In this document: positions 62,001 through 64,000 of the stretch, in pieces
Layout: every line of letters begins with the position of its first letter
Numbering within the stretch: position 1 is the first letter of the stretch
NCBI GenBank assembly: GCA_002104905.1
Contig: MCFE01000027.1
Coordinates: 124,001-188,000, forward strand
Length of the DNA: 64,000 nt
Origin: Basidiobolus meristosporus CBS 931.73
Lineage: Eukaryota; Fungi; Basidiobolomycota
Direction: 5' to 3'
Translations under genes and position numbers: made by a program
Notes under the pieces: generated by a model
What the model saw: the letters and a program-made list of their open reading frames with translations, nothing else
Databases searched by the model: none
What the model was told of the DNA's origin: nothing

Positions 62001-63159
62001 GTGAAGTCTCCCTTTGTTAATTTGACGTTTACTAACTACCCGAAATAGTCGTAGTGGCACTGGAATCAGCATCACTGATTTCTACGGTGTAGGCGGACGT
62101 GGTGGTCATGCACAAAACGGTGGCAGATTTGACAACAATTATCGTAGAAACGATAGAGGTGGTTACTCGCGCTATGGAGATGGAAATGCCACCCCGATGC
62201 ACCCTTCAGGCTCGCGTACACCTGCCTGGCAATCCGGGTCCCGTACACCAGCATATTCAAGCTATTCAGGATCAAGAACGCCCATCCACAGGGTCGAGAT
62301 GGGCTCCGCTACACCCAATCCTTATGCCGATGGCTCTCATACTCCCGCTTGGGATGCTGGTAGTAAAACACCTGGTTGGAATGGCGGCTCTAGCGGCGAT
62401 GGATGGGGCAGCTGGGGTGGTGCCACTCCAAGGAAATCCAACGAGTGGGGCGACGACTGGAATACCTCTAGCCGGAGCACTGATTCTCGATATGACAGCG
62501 GGAAAGACACCAAGGATACTTCTAAAAGCTACTCTAACTCATACGATACGTATACCACTCCATCCTATGACACAATCCAGACACCAGCACCGACCGGCGT
62601 ACCAAGTACCCCTGCACCGGTGGTCAATACTCCAGGACCCAGCTCATACACAAATTCTACTCTGTCTGCACCGACCCCTGCCCCATTAGCACCCGTAACA
62701 CCGGCACCGAGCAGCTATCCACACACACCATTCATGCCCTCTGGTGGGGATTTCAGTCGTGTTCACGATGATGTTCACGACATTTTAGATCAAGACTGGG
62801 CCACAAAAGACATTCAAGTTCGAGTTGTATCGAATCGGCACACCGGCCAGAAATATCAGGCAGGTGGTTACGATCAACAGTCCGCTCGTATACGATATGT
62901 CAATCGCGGTGGCGAGAGCTGTGAGATCGTATTGGATGGATCGAACGACAAGTTATCGCTACCCGTCGACTACATAGAACCGGTCAAGCCCAACAAGAAT
63001 GACAAGATCAAGGTGATGGGAGGTGAATTCAAGGGCCAAGTCGGCACCCTGATCGGTATTGATGGCCAAGATGGAATCGTTAAGCTTGAAGGGGGTAGAG
63101 ACTTCAAGATTTTGAATATAAACGGTTTGGCCAAATTCGCCAGCTCAGGCACCGACTAA
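59002..63159 (+). CDS. SPT5: Transcription elongation factor Spt5, multi-exon
   Basis: Acidic N-terminus, NGN ([19 protein letters not shown]), KOW motifs, CTR repeats GSRTPAW/GSKTPGW, a P/T-rich region and a C-terminal KOW pair. Confidence 0.96.
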
Positions 63160-63715
63160 AATCTTACGAAACTTCCCGCCTGGGCTTTCTTGGTTTTGTT
63201 TACCGAAAGTTTGTATAATGTACAGATTTCTTATGATCGAATGTTTGCTTTTATTTCTTTATTCACTTTGACCATCATCGTATAATAGAATGAATTTCAC
63301 TGGTAGTTTCTTCAACATTCTCATGGCAACTTGACAATTTTTTGCGGGTTATATCAGACGTCCACGTGGCTCTTCATCTCTGTCGAGCATTACCCCTACC
63401 TTTATCAAATAAAAGATACAATATTTATAATTGACTAAGGACAAGTGCATGCCTGGCAGCTATCCCTTATTAGGCGATCGCTAAGTGGCTTGACCCTTGG
63501 TCCCTACAGATATACAAAGACACCCGTATGGAGGATTAATATAGAACCTACCCAATCGTATTCGAGGCTACTCCAGAATCTTTCATAAGCAGGCACGTCA
63601 GGATCCATTCAGGGCTGTGTGTTGTAGGTCTGGGTGAAAATGTATAAATACGCAACGTCTTTGTGAAGAAGCTGTCCATTGTATTGCAGCGCATAGAATA
63701 GGATAGAAACGTGGA

Positions 63716-64000
63716 ATGCATTTCGTTCAGAAGTATCGAGACTATCGCAGATCCGCAAAAGAATCCAAAGATACGCCAACAGATGTACCGCAGGACACAT
63801 CAAGCTCGTTATGCTGCGTCCAATTCATTCCAACCCGATTCCTCGCCAGGCTGTTCTCGACTCGGCAGCGCAAGCCAAAGCCCCCGGGGCCCACGAATCG
63901 AAGTGCCCTGTACACGCGATTGGAATTCACGGAAGCCAAAGCTGAGCTCCAGAAGCCCGCACATATGTTTGAGGAAATCATCGCCCATGGGTTCTCTATC
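63716..64000 (+). CDS. Possible 5' part of a gene running off the window
   Basis: Frame open from ATG 63716 to the window end (MHFVQKYRDYRRS...HMFEEIIAHGFSI). No recognisable motif. Confidence 0.3.
   Translation, partial: MHFVQKYRDYRRSAKESKDTPTDVPQDTSSSLCCVQFIPTRFLARLFSTRQRKPKPPGPTNRSALYTRLEFTEAKAELQKPAHMFEEIIAHGFSI

Noticed and set aside
1-64000. CRISPR arrays, rRNA, tRNA and spliceosomal snRNA genes
   Set aside because: No repeat-spacer periodicity and no recognisable signatures found by eye; tRNAscan-SE or Infernal would be needed to exclude them fully.

Overview
Eukaryotic, intron-containing fungal-type genomic DNA. The gene repertoire suggests an early-diverging (non-Dikarya) fungus; this is inference and the species cannot be read from the sequence. 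The window has two sharply separated compartments. (1) Bases 1-~23,900 are a CpG-depleted repeat block. It holds nested, decayed copies of a two-gene CMC/EnSpm(CACTA)-like DNA transposon with CCCTA termini and 4-bp TSDs. One complete 5,482-bp copy sits inverted inside the 3' end of another, giving an ~11-kb imperfect palindrome, and a 317-bp MITE has related ends. Next comes a nest of one Ty1/copia family: one intact 4,687-bp element (1,367-codon ORF, 350-bp LTRs differing at only two CpG sites, CTATT TSD, half-tRNAiMet PBS), solo LTRs and truncated copies. (2) Bases ~24,000-64,000 are CpG-rich and gene-dense: MCR1-like b5 reductase, a hypothetical gene, a PPR protein, GSKIP, OXA1, bifunctional AASS (LKR/SDH), PHO13, a small mitochondrial-type protein, a TPT-family transporter, GMF/AIM7, a Zn-ADH, metacaspase, a CobD-like PLP enzyme, prefoldin 4, PPIL1, HDDC2, RIC1, a 7TM-RGS protein and SPT5. 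The best candidate for an undescribed system is the CCCTA/4-bp-TSD transposon family with its divergently transcribed unknown ORF2 and MITE. I saw no rRNA, tRNA or CRISPR array. All alignments and exon boundaries were made by eye.
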